From Nitrososphaerota archaeon (lineage in GTDB: Archaea > Thermoproteota > Nitrososphaeria > Nitrososphaerales > Nitrosopumilaceae): DNA of 64,000 nt. Shown here piece by piece: positions 50,070 through 60,609 of the stretch (position 1 is the stretch's first letter; every line of letters starts with the position of its first letter). Below the pieces are notes generated by a model. It made no database searches and was not told where the DNA came from. It worked only from the letters and a program-made list of their open reading frames with translations. Location: assembly GCA_028867755.1 (NCBI GenBank), contig JAGWFT010000001.1, positions 900,727 through 964,726 of the forward strand. Direction: 5' to 3'. Made by a program: the position numbers and the translations under genes.

Positions 50070-50195
50070 TGCTGATAATAATGCAGCAAATGTGTATTAA
50101 ATTATTGCTAAGGGTGAAAAAGGTAAAAAATTAAGCACTTGGTCTAATCTAACAACTCTGGTGCATATAGCAAAATTTTCAATGAATTATATAAA

Positions 50196-50429
50196 ATGGT
50201 TCAATTGGAAGAAGATTTCATCAAATTAGTTGACGGTTTTGTGGTAGAAACTAGAGACCCAAAAATCTTGGAAGAGATATCACAGCTTGATGAGGAATCT
50301 AGATTGCTTGGAATCTCATTTTATGACATGTACTGTGTAGTTTTACAAGATGCAACCAAGCACAAAAAATTGGTCTCAGAATTCAAACACTATATGAATC
50401 TCAAAAAACCCGCAACTTTTGTAGCTTGA
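50196..50429 (+). CDS. Small hypothetical protein (77 aa), similar to 48402..48608
   Basis: ATG start; LDEESRLLGISFYDMYCVVL. Confidence 0.65.
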   Translation: MVQLEEDFIKLVDGFVVETRDPKILEEISQLDEESRLLGISFYDMYCVVLQDATKHKKLVSEFKHYMNLKKPATFVA

Positions 50430-50491
50430 ATTAATTATTAGATTTTTATCGGTTTTGATTTAAATGAGGGTGGTTCTGCCTTGTTAGTTCG

Positions 50492-51472
50492 ATGGCAAGA
50501 ACCAAAGTTATCTGTCTTTCTCACAAAGAAGATGCCGATGGAATAGGCGCAGCATCACTTATCAGGCAAGCTTTTGGAGGCGATACTAGACTTGTTGATT
50601 ATCCAGGTCTTATGACAGAGCTTGAACAACTGCGTAACGACGAATCTCTAAAAACGCTATACATATGCGATCTGGGTCTTAGCAAAACCAACCAAGATCA
50701 GTTCATCGAACTTTTACGTAATCTACGAAAGAAACGCGTTGCTATAACCTACATTGACCACCATGATATCGAAGAAGGCATAAAGAAGAAGATCAAGGCT
50801 CTAAAAGTCAAGTTAATTCATACGATAAACGAATGCACTACAGTCCAAGTCTATAACGCATTCAAGTCAAAACTAAACGATCACAGTTCCTTGATTGCGG
50901 CGTGCTCTGCAGTCACTGATTATATGGAAGACAGGCCAATTGGCTCTAAGCTGCTTCAGAGGTTTGACAGGCAATTTGTCTTACTTGAGGCCACTGTTCT
51001 CACATTTACAATTGTCAGCCATCAAAAAGATGGGGATTACCTGCTGTATCTTGTAGACGAAATTAGCCAATTAAAATATCCACACGAAATTCCAAATACT
51101 TTTGAATTTGCGCGCATACAAGCAGAAAGAATCTCAGGCGTCATTCAAAAGGTAAAAGATAACATGAAGAAAATGAAAAACCTGTCCTACATGGAAGTCA
51201 CAGACTCTGGTGCAAGCATGGTAGTCAACTTTGTCTTGGGGTTATCAGGAAAAGATGTTGGGGTGTCATACAAATTTAGAGAAGAAAAAGGAATCTATGC
51301 AGTTTCTATTCGTGGTTCAAAGGCATGCAAAGTACATCTTGGTAGAATAGTAAACCAGTTGGCAACAGATCTTGGAGGATCAGGTGGTGGTCATGACAAG
51401 GCATGTGGTGCAGTCATCCCAAAAGAAAAAATGCCTCTATTTCTAAAAAAATTCAATTCCAAACTTAACTGA
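50492..51472 (+). CDS. DHH/DHHA1 family phosphoesterase
   Basis: SHKEDADG, ICDLG, IDHHD and C-terminal SIRG...GGSGGGHDKACG. Confidence 0.92.
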   Translation: MARTKVICLSHKEDADGIGAASLIRQAFGGDTRLVDYPGLMTELEQLRNDESLKTLYICDLGLSKTNQDQFIELLRNLRKKRVAITYIDHHDIEEGIKKKIKALKVKLIHTINECTTVQVYNAFKSKLNDHSSLIAACSAVTDYMEDRPIGSKLLQRFDRQFVLLEATVLTFTIVSHQKDGDYLLYLVDEISQLKYPHEIPNTFEFARIQAERISGVIQKVKDNMKKMKNLSYMEVTDSGASMVVNFVLGLSGKDVGVSYKFREEKGIYAVSIRGSKACKVHLGRIVNQLATDLGGSGGGHDKACGAVIPKEKMPLFLKKFNSKLN

Positions 51473-51920
51473 CTTCGGCTATTGCATCTATCTCAACAGT
51501 AGAGTTCAAAGGAAGACTTGCAACTCCAACCGCAATTCTGGAATGTTTTCCTTTGTCACCGAATATCTCAAACAACAAGTCTGAGGCAGCGTTGATAATT
51601 TTTGGTTGCTCAGTAAAATCGCTGGCGCTGTTTACAAATCCAGACACTCTCACAATTCTGGAAATCTTGTCTAGTGTTCCAAGTTCTGCTCTGAGTTGTG
51701 CCAAGATGTTGATGATGCACAGTTTAGCTGCTTGCTGGGCTGTATCAATTGATACATCTGTAGGAACTTTTCCCTGAAATTCCACTTTGCCATCCCTCAT
51801 TGGAATCTGGCCTGAGACAAACACCAGATTTCCAGTTCTAATTACAGGAATGTACGAGCCTGCCGGCTTTGGCGGTACTGGAAGTGAAATATTCAAAGAA
51901 GCAAGTTTTTCTTCAATCAT
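51465..51920 (-). CDS. RidA/YjgF/YER057c family protein
   Basis: PAGSYIPVIRTGNLVFVSGQIP and HSRIAVGVASLPLNSTVEID. Confidence 0.92.
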   Translation of the reverse strand: MIEEKLASLNISLPVPPKPAGSYIPVIRTGNLVFVSGQIPMRDGKVEFQGKVPTDVSIDTAQQAAKLCIINILAQLRAELGTLDKISRIVRVSGFVNSASDFTEQPKIINAASDLLFEIFGDKGKHSRIAVGVASLPLNSTVEIDAIAEVS

Positions 51921-51985
51921 GATTTTTGCTTGCCTGATGAATCTTTTAACTTTATGTTCATATACATTGTAAACGGAGCCTAATT

Positions 51986-52222
51986 ATGGAAAAGTCGCAT
52001 GGCAAGAAAATGCAAAAGGACTTGGACATTATGGAATCTAGGCTTAATGCGCTTGATGCCTCGTCATCTGACAAGTATCAAAAATCGCTCATTAGCGTTC
52101 TAAAGGGGATTGTCGAAAACCAAAAACACCTTGTAGATGAGTTTGAGCATTTGAAAAAAGCTATAGATCTGCTTACACTCCATATATTCAAAGTAGAGCA
52201 AAGCTCCAATTCAAGATCGTAA
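51986..52222 (+). CDS. Small coiled-coil hypothetical protein
   Basis: 78-aa ATG ORF with a heptad pattern; TATA-like CATATACA upstream. Confidence 0.65.
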   Translation: MEKSHGKKMQKDLDIMESRLNALDASSSDKYQKSLISVLKGIVENQKHLVDEFEHLKKAIDLLTLHIFKVEQSSNSRS

Positions 52223-52312
52223 ACTTGTGAGCAGAAATTATGTTATGCTTTAAGACTCGACGAGGCATTTATTAATAAAGATTAAATTCAGCACCTATTT
52301 TTTGGTCAACGA

Positions 52313-53290
52313 ATGTCATCGTCAAATGAGCCATCTGATAGCTCAAAGCCTGTTCTAAGAGACAAGAATCCTCATAATTATAGAAAAGTGGGCTATTCGA
52401 TGATAGTAATCTCAGTATCCCTAGTGGCAATTGGTTTACTTGTATGGGCAATAGGAAGTGACTATCACTTTTCAACCAACATCATGGCCTCGCAAGAAGT
52501 AGATGCCATGACGCCAAAAACAGGATACAATGTTGTTCTCTTTGATATCTCACAGCCTGTTGGTGCCAAATTAAAATTACTAGATCACGCAGATGCACTT
52601 GATGCTGCCCAAGTATTGCAATCGCAAGACGCACAGCAAAACCAAGGCTCTACAATGCAAGTACTACTCTTTAACGCTACTAACAATTACAATCTTAATC
52701 TAATGGCTAATGCCGAAGTATTCGTTCAGACTCCAAAACAATGTTACAACGTAATTCTCTTCAACGATGATTTGCCTGTGGGGCAAAAACTAACGCTGGG
52801 AATTCATGAAAATGCATTTGAAAATGCTACAGCGTATCAAAAACAACAAGTAGACTCACTTCAAGGGCAGGGAATTCAGGTATTGATTTTCACTCCGTCT
52901 TTTACTGATGATTTGAAAATGGTAACAGGCTCTAGCACACCAGTTGGTGCTTATGCTGTTCTAGCTAGTAATGAGACAAGTCCTGCATCATTTTGTCCTG
53001 CACTGCAGCCAGCAAATCAAACGAAAACTGTTACAACAAATCAAACAGCAGTTGTACCAACAAATAACACTATGATATCAAACAAGACTACAACTGTTGT
53101 AGCAAACCAGACTGCAGTTATGGCAACAAGCCCAATTGCAAAGATGATGATATCCCACCAAACTAATTCCACAACTCCAAAAACAATGAACACAACTACA
53201 AATGTTTCAATTAATGCTACAGTATCTGCTGGGGCTGGCAAGTCAGTTACACTAAATGAAACAATGTCAGTTAACGCCACAGGAAAATAA
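52313..53290 (+). CDS. Membrane-anchored extracellular protein with tandem ~80-aa repeat and Thr/Asn-rich stalk
   Basis: TM helix near the N-terminus. YNVVLFD..PVGAKLKL..H..A...QG..MQVLLF versus YNVILFN..PVGQKLTL..H..A...QG..IQVLIF. Many NxT sequons. Confidence 0.8.
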   Translation: MSSSNEPSDSSKPVLRDKNPHNYRKVGYSMIVISVSLVAIGLLVWAIGSDYHFSTNIMASQEVDAMTPKTGYNVVLFDISQPVGAKLKLLDHADALDAAQVLQSQDAQQNQGSTMQVLLFNATNNYNLNLMANAEVFVQTPKQCYNVILFNDDLPVGQKLTLGIHENAFENATAYQKQQVDSLQGQGIQVLIFTPSFTDDLKMVTGSSTPVGAYAVLASNETSPASFCPALQPANQTKTVTTNQTAVVPTNNTMISNKTTTVVANQTAVMATSPIAKMMISHQTNSTTPKTMNTTTNVSINATVSAGAGKSVTLNETMSVNATGK

Positions 53291-53293
53291 AGA

Positions 53294-53446
53294 CTAGATT
53301 AATTCCTCGTCAATTTCATCTATAGGATCTATGTATTGTTTGCAAGAACAGTTTGATATTATGCATCTGCCCACCTTTAGAACCGAATGACTGTCACTTG
53401 ATGGTTCATGTGCAGCATCAGTGTGATGGCAGCGCTTGCAATTCAT
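53294..53446 (-). CDS. Putative 50-aa zinc-binding micro-protein (MNCKRCHHTDAAH...GRCIISNCSCKQY...)
   Basis: ATG..TAG; CxxCxHxxxxH plus Cx4CxC; acidic tail. Below the ORF-track cutoff. Confidence 0.7.
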   Translation of the reverse strand: MNCKRCHHTDAAHEPSSDSHSVLKVGRCIISNCSCKQYIDPIDEIDEELI

Positions 53447-53493
53447 AACTGAAAGAATTTGAACTGTTATTTAACGCTTGAATAATGCCGGAC

Positions 53494-54366
53494 TCATAGT
53501 TTCAATATTCCGGCATTTATCATGTATTGAATTCCAGAAATAAAATCGTCATCAGAGATAGTTCCCTGTGCCCACCATCCAGCATTACTTTTTATCCAGT
53601 GCGGGATGTCATGTGTTGTATTATTGCCAGAGGAACCATGAGGTATCTGCATGATTCCATTTGAGACAAGATATTGTATGCCTTTCACAAAGTCATCATC
53701 TGATATCTCACTGCTTGCCCACCATCCTGCGTTTGTTTTAACCCAAGCTGGAATGATTATGCTCTTTGAAGGTTGTGTATAATTAGAATCGGAACTAATG
53801 ATGTCAGTATCTATCAGATTGTTTGAAAATGTAACTGTAATGGGTTTTCCCAAAAACTTTGTCATTCCAACAGAATGTGCACTCAAAAGGACACCAGTTT
53901 GTGTATCGTATGCCATATCAGATGAGCCGTTGGTATTAGACTCGGTAGCAATCAGCACCGTCCTCTTAAACCCGTTATAGTCTTTCAATTCTTGTGATAT
54001 TACAATATCACTTTGGTTATACTGGATTGGTACTGGTAATATTGAAACAAACGGAACAATATTTCCTTGCTTATCATGTCCGTATCCAGTTTTTAGGCTC
54101 AAAACAAAAGTGTCATTTTCAACATCCTTTCCAAGATAATATGTTTCTGTGACATTGATGCTTTCTGGATTGATCATGTTTCCAAATGAGTATATGATGG
54201 AGCTATTGACAATGCCTGTCTGGATAGCATATTTTAGATGATCTCCTGAGTGCACGCATACATTATGAGGCGCGCATACATTTCCTTGGTCTGCAAAGAC
54301 CTTGCCTGAATACATTACGCCAAACAGAATAGCAAGAACTGCTAAACCCAAAACCAATTTTCTCAT
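53494..54366 (-). CDS. Exported protein with two C-terminal IPxW(V/I)KxxAxWW repeats
   Basis: Signal peptide; IPAWVKTNAGWWA..DDFVKGIQYL and IPHWIKSNAGWWA..DDFISGIQYM. Confidence 0.82.
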   Translation of the reverse strand: MRKLVLGLAVLAILFGVMYSGKVFADQGNVCAPHNVCVHSGDHLKYAIQTGIVNSSIIYSFGNMINPESINVTETYYLGKDVENDTFVLSLKTGYGHDKQGNIVPFVSILPVPIQYNQSDIVISQELKDYNGFKRTVLIATESNTNGSSDMAYDTQTGVLLSAHSVGMTKFLGKPITVTFSNNLIDTDIISSDSNYTQPSKSIIIPAWVKTNAGWWASSEISDDDFVKGIQYLVSNGIMQIPHGSSGNNTTHDIPHWIKSNAGWWAQGTISDDDFISGIQYMINAGILKL

Positions 54367-54447
54367 TTGTTAGCCCACTACGAAGGGCAAACATTACTCT
54401 TTCCATATCCCATCGAAAACAATATGGAACAATACAAATAGCCATTT

Positions 54448-56493
54448 TTGATTCTAGAAATTGTGGAGCCAAACAAACTCGTTCATGAATCAAGTCCATA
54501 TCTTTTACAGCATGCATACAATCCTGTAAAATGGTATCCGTGGTGTGATGATGCCTTAAAGAAGGCAAAGGACGAGAACAAACCAATTTTTCTCAGTGTG
54601 GGCTACAGTGCTTGTCACTGGTGTCATGTCATGGCGCACGAGTCTTTTGAAAACGATGAGATTGCTCAAGTAATGAACGAGAACTTTGTCAATATCAAAG
54701 TCGATAGGGAGGAAAGACCGGACATTGATGATATTTATCAAAAAGTATGCCAGCTTGTTACAGGTAGCGGTGGCTGGCCTCTTAGTGTATTTCTTACACC
54801 AGACCAGAGGCCATTTTATGTTGGAACATATTTTCCACCACTTGATAGTTATGGCAGGCCTGGCTTTGGAAGTCTCATAAGACAGCTTGTGCAAGCCTGG
54901 AAGGAAAAACCCCAAGACGTTGAGGCTGCTTCTGAAAACTTTGTAAACTCGTTGCAAAAAACTGAATCAATTTCTCTGCCATCAAAATTAGAAAAACCCA
55001 TACTTGACGAGGCTGCCATGAATTTACTCTCACTTGGAGACCCAACAAATGGAGGATTTGGGCATGCTCCCAAGTTCCCAAATGCCGCAAACCTATCATT
55101 TATGTTGCGATACTCAAAACTTTCAGGAATATCCAAGTTCCAAGAGTTTGTCCTAAAAACTCTAACAAAGATGGCAAATGGGGGAATATATGATCAAATT
55201 GGCGGCGGCTTTCACAGGTATTCAACTGATTCCAGATGGCTTGTGCCGCACTTTGAAAAAATGTTGTATGACAATGCATTGTTGCCAGTTGTATATGCAG
55301 AGGCATATCAGATAACAAAGGACTCGAGATATCTTGACGTGATAAATCACACACTGCGATACATCTTAAAAGAAATGACCTCCCCTGATGGCGGGTTTTA
55401 TTCTGCGCAGGATGCAGACTCTGAAGGAGAAGAAGGAAAATATTATGTTTGGAAAAAAAATGAGATCCAAGAAATACTTGGAAATGACTCTGATGTTTTT
55501 TGTCTATTTTACGATGTAACAGATGGAGGAAACTTTGAAGGACATACCATATTGAATAACGCCATAAAACAATCATCCGTGGCATTTCAGTTTGGCAAGA
55601 CAGAATCCGAAGTCCAAAATATTATAGAAAAAAGCAAGACAAAGCTTTTGGAAGCAAGAAGCAAACGTGTACATCCTGGCAAAGATGAGAAGGTTCTCAC
55701 TAGCTGGAATGGGCTTATGATGACAGGGTTTCTGCGAGGTTACAGGGTTACACAAGATGCTGACTTCCTAAAGGCAGCAGAAAATTGCATCAGGTTTATG
55801 GAAGAAAAAATGGTAAAAAATGGAGAACTATTACACACCTACAAAGACGGGCAAGCAAAACTCAGGGCATATCTTGATGATTATGCATACTTTGTAAATG
55901 CATTGCTTGATTATTTTGAAGTCAGGCCTATCAAGAAGTATCTTGATCTTGCAATATATTATGCAAATTATTTACTGGAACATTTTTGGGATGAAAATGA
56001 AAGGAGTTTCTTTTTCACTGCAGACAATCATGAAAAGTTAATCATCAGAACAAAGAACATTTATGATTTGTCTCTTCCTTCTGGAAATTCTGTAGCAGCA
56101 GGCACGCTGCTACGATTATACCATATTACACAAGACAAGCGGTATTTTGACACATCGCTTAAGATAATGGAGTCTCTTTCTACGATGGCTGCTGAAAACC
56201 CATTTGGTTTTGGCCAGCTCTTAAATGTCATTTACATGTATTTGCAAAAACCAACTGAGATTACCATGATAAACTATGTCAACAAGGAACTATGCACTTA
56301 TCTTGAAAAGAAATTTCTCCCTGAATCAATTCTTGTAGGGATAAGCAAAGAAGAATCTCTAAAGGAGCTGCAACATTTGTCGTTTTTTGCAGGTAAGGTG
56401 TTTGACAAGACAAAAACTAATGTCTATGTATGCAAAGATTTTACGTGCTCATTGCCGCTAGGAACAATAGAGGAAGTTGAAAAACTTCTCTAG
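54448..56493 (+). CDS. Thioredoxin-domain protein YyaL/SSP411 (DUF255 plus alpha/alpha toroid)
   Basis: [55 protein letters not shown] and AQDADSEG. Confidence 0.93.
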   Translation: MILEIVEPNKLVHESSPYLLQHAYNPVKWYPWCDDALKKAKDENKPIFLSVGYSACHWCHVMAHESFENDEIAQVMNENFVNIKVDREERPDIDDIYQKVCQLVTGSGGWPLSVFLTPDQRPFYVGTYFPPLDSYGRPGFGSLIRQLVQAWKEKPQDVEAASENFVNSLQKTESISLPSKLEKPILDEAAMNLLSLGDPTNGGFGHAPKFPNAANLSFMLRYSKLSGISKFQEFVLKTLTKMANGGIYDQIGGGFHRYSTDSRWLVPHFEKMLYDNALLPVVYAEAYQITKDSRYLDVINHTLRYILKEMTSPDGGFYSAQDADSEGEEGKYYVWKKNEIQEILGNDSDVFCLFYDVTDGGNFEGHTILNNAIKQSSVAFQFGKTESEVQNIIEKSKTKLLEARSKRVHPGKDEKVLTSWNGLMMTGFLRGYRVTQDADFLKAAENCIRFMEEKMVKNGELLHTYKDGQAKLRAYLDDYAYFVNALLDYFEVRPIKKYLDLAIYYANYLLEHFWDENERSFFFTADNHEKLIIRTKNIYDLSLPSGNSVAAGTLLRLYHITQDKRYFDTSLKIMESLSTMAAENPFGFGQLLNVIYMYLQKPTEITMINYVNKELCTYLEKKFLPESILVGISKEESLKELQHLSFFAGKVFDKTKTNVYVCKDFTCSLPLGTIEEVEKLL

Positions 56494-56810
56494 ATTTTTT
56501 TAATATTGATCTCTAGCTTGTGTCCTACTTGAGGGCTGCCCATTCTTTCGTATCTGCGCTTTGGCATGCTTATTGTTATTGCAGTCTGGGCATAGCTTTT
56601 GATTGCAATGGTAGGCTGGGCCTGAAGTATGGCCTCTAGGAATGGAAGAATCTGGTCTCGCAATTCTGGTTCTAATTTTTTATTGATGGCTTCTAGCATG
56701 AGCTGTTTTTGTGAAACAGGTTCTGTCTGCACATCTTCTATGAGAGAAAGTTGCACTGTCTGTCCATTGTCAACTAGCTGCTGTATCATATATTGCACAA
56801 TTTCAGACAT
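56490..56810 (-). CDS. Hypothetical protein
   Basis: 106-aa ATG ORF; convergent 4-nt overlap with yyaL. Confidence 0.65.
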   Translation of the reverse strand: MSEIVQYMIQQLVDNGQTVQLSLIEDVQTEPVSQKQLMLEAINKKLEPELRDQILPFLEAILQAQPTIAIKSYAQTAITISMPKRRYERMGSPQVGHKLEINIKKI

Positions 56811-56907
56811 GGATTGTGGTTTACCATGTCGGGATTTATCTGTATATGCAGAACACTCTATGGATGTTATTTCATCTTAGGCTAGGTAGAAAATATCTTA
56901 CCAAGAC

Positions 56908-57768
56908 CTAGTTGTGCAATATGGCAAGCTTTGAGTTTTCTGTAACATTGAATTTGTCCACAAAGCCTGAGGTTACTTCTAGGACATATTTTGTATTCTG
57001 TCTTTGAGCATCATAAATTGGACATGTAGAGTTGTCATTGCAGGGAGGCAAGTTTTTTTCAATATGCACTACATTTCCATTGTCATCAAACCAAATCATA
57101 TCCAACGGAAACTGCATGTCCTTCATCCACATTGCAACTATCTGTGGTTCTGGGAACACAAAGATCATTCCTTGGTCATATGGAAGTTGTTGCTGAAACT
57201 GTAATCCTTCTGTCATCCTGTCCGGAGTGTCTGCAATCTGGACTTTCAGTATAATGTTGTCGATTTTGATCTTGCCCTGTGGGAAATTACTTGATAACAG
57301 GTTTGAATCCTGTCCTATGTCCTGGCTTACGCCAGGCTTTAGCTTGATTTCACCATTATTGATAAGGTATTGTATATCTGAGAAAAACTCATAGTCTGAA
57401 ACACTTCCGCTTGTCCACCATGCTGCAACATCTTTAACCCATGAAGGAATTGTACCTTGCAAATTGGCAGTGTCGTACTCATGAGAGAGTGGCACTATGT
57501 TATTTGCAACAAGATATCGCACGCCTAAAACAAATTGTGAATCACCAAGTTTTCCTTGTGCCCATAAACTGGTATCGTTTCTAATCCATTCGGGAATGGG
57601 GGAAACGAACGCGCTTGAAGGCTGCGAATTCGTAGTATCATTAGTTGGTTGCTGTGCAAGAGCGACATGTGTTGTCTCAAGTTGATTTTGAGAGAATGGA
57701 TTTACAATAACTCCAAGTGTTGATACAAGCAACAAACTACACGCCAACAAACTTGTCTTTTGTTTCAA
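56908..57768 (-). CDS. Exported DUF192-domain protein with two N-terminal WW-motif repeats
   Basis: Signal peptide; IPEWIRNDTSLW and IPSWVKDVAAWW. DUF192 motifs IADT...GL, GMIFVF, MWMKDMQFPLDMIW and YVLEV. Confidence 0.88.
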   Translation of the reverse strand: MKQKTSLLACSLLLVSTLGVIVNPFSQNQLETTHVALAQQPTNDTTNSQPSSAFVSPIPEWIRNDTSLWAQGKLGDSQFVLGVRYLVANNIVPLSHEYDTANLQGTIPSWVKDVAAWWTSGSVSDYEFFSDIQYLINNGEIKLKPGVSQDIGQDSNLLSSNFPQGKIKIDNIILKVQIADTPDRMTEGLQFQQQLPYDQGMIFVFPEPQIVAMWMKDMQFPLDMIWFDDNGNVVHIEKNLPPCNDNSTCPIYDAQRQNTKYVLEVTSGFVDKFNVTENSKLAILHN

Positions 57769-57842
57769 CTTCTCTAATTCTTTCCTGCTGGCATATTAAA
57801 AAGCTCGAATTATTCTTTATGCATGATCAAAATACTGCAAAG

Positions 57843-58124
57843 TTATATTTTCGCATCAATGATGCTTCGTTTTATTTGAGCTGCTCTTTTTTTAATAATT
57901 TGTGTGAATTCTTGCATGTCTTCTAAAGACGGCTTTTGTTGTTGGGTGGTGTATGACTGTATGAACGCTGAATAGATTGAGCCTAGTATGATTCCAAAGG
58001 CAGCTGCTGGAACATCGCCTACCTCGTCGGCATATGTTTTTGCCATCTGTTTGTATGACGATGCCTCGCTTATGTAATAGTCCACCAAATTATCAATGAA
58101 GCTCTTGGTAGTTGCAGAAATCAC
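57843..58124 (-). CDS. Hypothetical helical protein
   Basis: 93-aa GTG ORF with protein-like composition. Confidence 0.7.
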   Translation of the reverse strand: MISATTKSFIDNLVDYYISEASSYKQMAKTYADEVGDVPAAAFGIILGSIYSAFIQSYTTQQQKPSLEDMQEFTQIIKKRAAQIKRSIIDAKI

Positions 58125-58140
58125 AACCTAGAATTGAGTC

Positions 58141-58338
58141 CTATTCTTTATAACGTTTGATTTTACAGCGATTGCAAATATAATTTGACCTTGTTTCTTT
58201 TGTAGAAAAACAATGACTGTTACCTGTGCCAATTGAAGTTAACCGTATCAACAGGGAATGTCCCGAGTGCAAGAACTCTACCATATTTAATACTGGTAAG
58301 GGATATTTTTGTGGTAAATGCCTTAACACAGTTTCCAT
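58141..58338 (-). CDS. Possible small HxxH/CxxC protein (start uncertain)
   Basis: HSGH...CNRC; no convincing promoter/start geometry. Confidence 0.25.
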   Translation of the reverse strand: METVLRHLPQKYPLPVLNMVEFLHSGHSLLIRLTSIGTGNSHCFSTKETRSNYICNRCKIKRYKE

Positions 58339-58373
58339 ATCCTAATCAACAAGTAGATTTTAGGTAAAATATA

Positions 58374-58829
58374 ATGTGGAAGATAGAACGTGAAGGAGTT
58401 TATTTCAAAATATATGACAAAAGAAAAAACCTAGTTGGATATTTTGCTCCCGAATATGGCAATATATACCCAGAAGACAGGGCAAACGAAGTAATTGATC
58501 AGACGCATAGGCAACATGACAAGATAAAAAGCGGCTACCTCATGATTCCGATGGTAAAATTTGGAATCTTCCAAGAAGGAAATGAGATGAATGTTGCGTA
58601 CCTGGCAAAGCAACTAGACAACGTGAAAACACGTCTCACGTATTGGGATGATTTTCTTTCAAACAATAACATAAAACAATACAAGATTATGGTATCTCAC
58701 ACAGATCACGACATGCTTAGCATAACCATGGACCTGGTGTTTTCCTCTCCAACAGATCTTGAAAAAAATGCTTTAGAAAATGAGATTGGTAAAATACTTG
58801 ATCCGCTTGCTGCACTAGGCTTACTATGA
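58374..58829 (+). CDS. Hypothetical protein
   Basis: 151-aa ATG ORF. Confidence 0.7.
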   Translation: MWKIEREGVYFKIYDKRKNLVGYFAPEYGNIYPEDRANEVIDQTHRQHDKIKSGYLMIPMVKFGIFQEGNEMNVAYLAKQLDNVKTRLTYWDDFLSNNNIKQYKIMVSHTDHDMLSITMDLVFSSPTDLEKNALENEIGKILDPLAALGLL

Positions 58830-59336
58830 ATTGCCTGATTTAGCATTATGAAAAGACTGTAATGCACTCATTTCATACTGAAATGACTGCTGTAGCAGTT
58901 GATCTGATTTTGCTCTAGTTGAATTGTCTCCTGTCTGAATCCATTCTTTTAGAAGATTGTCGCTTTCTATCTGTGTCTGAGTTGATAGCCTGAAGAGCTG
59001 CAATGAAGCAGAAAATGGCTCTGGTGGGCTCAAAGCATCATATCTTGGTATGATGGTTTGCATCTTTGCAATGTGTGCATCTGTTATGTTTAACATTTGT
59101 TCTTTTGATATCTGGCCTTTTTCGTACATTGTAAGATTGGCATCAAAACCAATCGTCTCGTTTTTCAAATCAGATTGAATCGCTGATAAACTATCCCCAA
59201 ATCTCTGTCCAGATAGATTTGCTTGGTCTAAATTGTAATTGACAAGAATGACTACAGCTATTATGGCCACGCCTATTATGATTGCAACTTGTAACCCTCT
59301 CTTGGGGTGGGGCTTTACTTCCTTCTTTTTCTTCAC
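58824..59336 (-). CDS. Type II membrane-anchored helical protein
   Basis: Basic N-terminus, one TM helix and a helical extracellular domain. GTG start. Confidence 0.75.
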   Translation of the reverse strand: MKKKKEVKPHPKRGLQVAIIIGVAIIAVVILVNYNLDQANLSGQRFGDSLSAIQSDLKNETIGFDANLTMYEKGQISKEQMLNITDAHIAKMQTIIPRYDALSPPEPFSASLQLFRLSTQTQIESDNLLKEWIQTGDNSTRAKSDQLLQQSFQYEMSALQSFHNAKSGNS

Positions 59337-59419
59337 AAGCCGACTAGATTGCTATCTAAAATAAATCGTTTGGCATGGTTGCATGTAATTTTAAAAATAC
59401 TGATGTTTGCAATAAAGGG

Positions 59420-59707
59420 CTATTCTATGTAGTTGCCGTCTTGATCGGCTTTTAGCTCAATGATAGCTACGCTCCCGCTTATGTACGAGTCATTTCTGAC
59501 AGTTCTCACACGCCCAACTTCCAAGTGATATGGCCATACATCTACCACAATTGTCCCAATTTTGACACCAGTAGGGGCATCTGTGAATTGTATGTCTTCC
59601 TTTCTTACCCCATAATCCATTAATTTTTTGACACAATGATCAAGCAAAGGTTGAGGAAGGCCGTGATTTATGGCCCAAACGGTGCCTTCGTATTCAATTT
59701 TTTCCAA
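59420..59707 (-). CDS. Hypothetical protein
   Basis: 95-aa TTG ORF. Confidence 0.7.
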   Translation of the reverse strand: MEKIEYEGTVWAINHGLPQPLLDHCVKKLMDYGVRKEDIQFTDAPTGVKIGTIVVDVWPYHLEVGRVRTVRNDSYISGSVAIIELKADQDGNYIE

Positions 59708-59769
59708 TTGGTTATCAAAAAGTTAATGTTTTTTTTAAAGCTATCTGCGCACAAAAATGCTAAAGAATC

Positions 59770-60006
59770 TTAGCTAGGAGTTGTCACTTTTAATGTCATC
59801 GTACTTTCAACTCTTGATATATTTCGAATCTTATGCGATACGGCTCGATCAAATTCTTCAGAGGTAGGAGTTTGCAATTCTGCTATCACGTCATAAGCAC
59901 CAAAAGTCACATATGCACTCTTGACTTGAGGTAAAAGCTTCAACTCCTCTATCACATACTCCTCTGCACCAATATCGCAATTGATCAAAATAAACCCCTT
60001 TTCCAT
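59770..60006 (-). CDS. Stand-alone Lrp/AsnC ligand-binding (RAM) domain protein
   Basis: FILINCDIG, TFGAYDVIAEL and IRNISRVESTMTL; no HTH. Confidence 0.85.
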   Translation of the reverse strand: MEKGFILINCDIGAEEYVIEELKLLPQVKSAYVTFGAYDVIAELQTPTSEEFDRAVSHKIRNISRVESTMTLKVTTPS

Positions 60007-60123
60007 ACTTTTCTCAAATCTACAAATTACTTAACTTTGTCTATTATGTGAAATGAATCAGAATTGAAAAATAAAAAAATACCAGTTCTTGAAATGCTGG
60101 CTAAACTGCAGATTGTCTTGCAA

Positions 60124-60486
60124 TCAACGGCGTAATAGATTCAGCACTTTAAATGGAGTGGCAGATAAATCAATTTCTTTTTCTGCTGACAAGAGAAGAA
60201 GATTATCCTTTATAGGAAAACTCATGATCACGACTCTTTCTCTATATGACATGGCAAAAGATACCTGTCCTAGCACACTGTCGGACCCCTGGCGCATCTT
60301 GGCTCTTGTAACAATGCCACAGTAGAGTGATTCATCGTCTTTTTTATCGCCTATTGGCTTGATGCCGCTCCTCATTCCGCCTCCCACTAGTTTGCCGTCT
60401 TGGTCAATTATTCCCACAAATCTTATTTTTTTATCAATTTCCATTATTTTCTCACAAAGTCTGTTAAAATCTCCATGCGTTAGCAT
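60124..60486 (-). CDS. Roadblock/profilin-like small sensor-fold protein (thaumarchaeal expanded family)
   Basis: KIRFVGIIDQDGKLVGGGMR and VSFAMSYRERVVIMSFP...LLLSAE. Confidence 0.75.
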   Translation of the reverse strand: MLTHGDFNRLCEKIMEIDKKIRFVGIIDQDGKLVGGGMRSGIKPIGDKKDDESLYCGIVTRAKMRQGSDSVLGQVSFAMSYRERVVIMSFPIKDNLLLLSAEKEIDLSATPFKVLNLLRR

Positions 60487-60609
60487 TTCGAGAATGTTTT
60501 ACACAACACTGCTATTAACCTAGTCGATTTTTCAAGCATGAGACAAGGGCCTTTCTTACAAACCTCTGTTTGGTGCAAATGTGGCAGAAATATCACGATA
60601 TAATATTGA

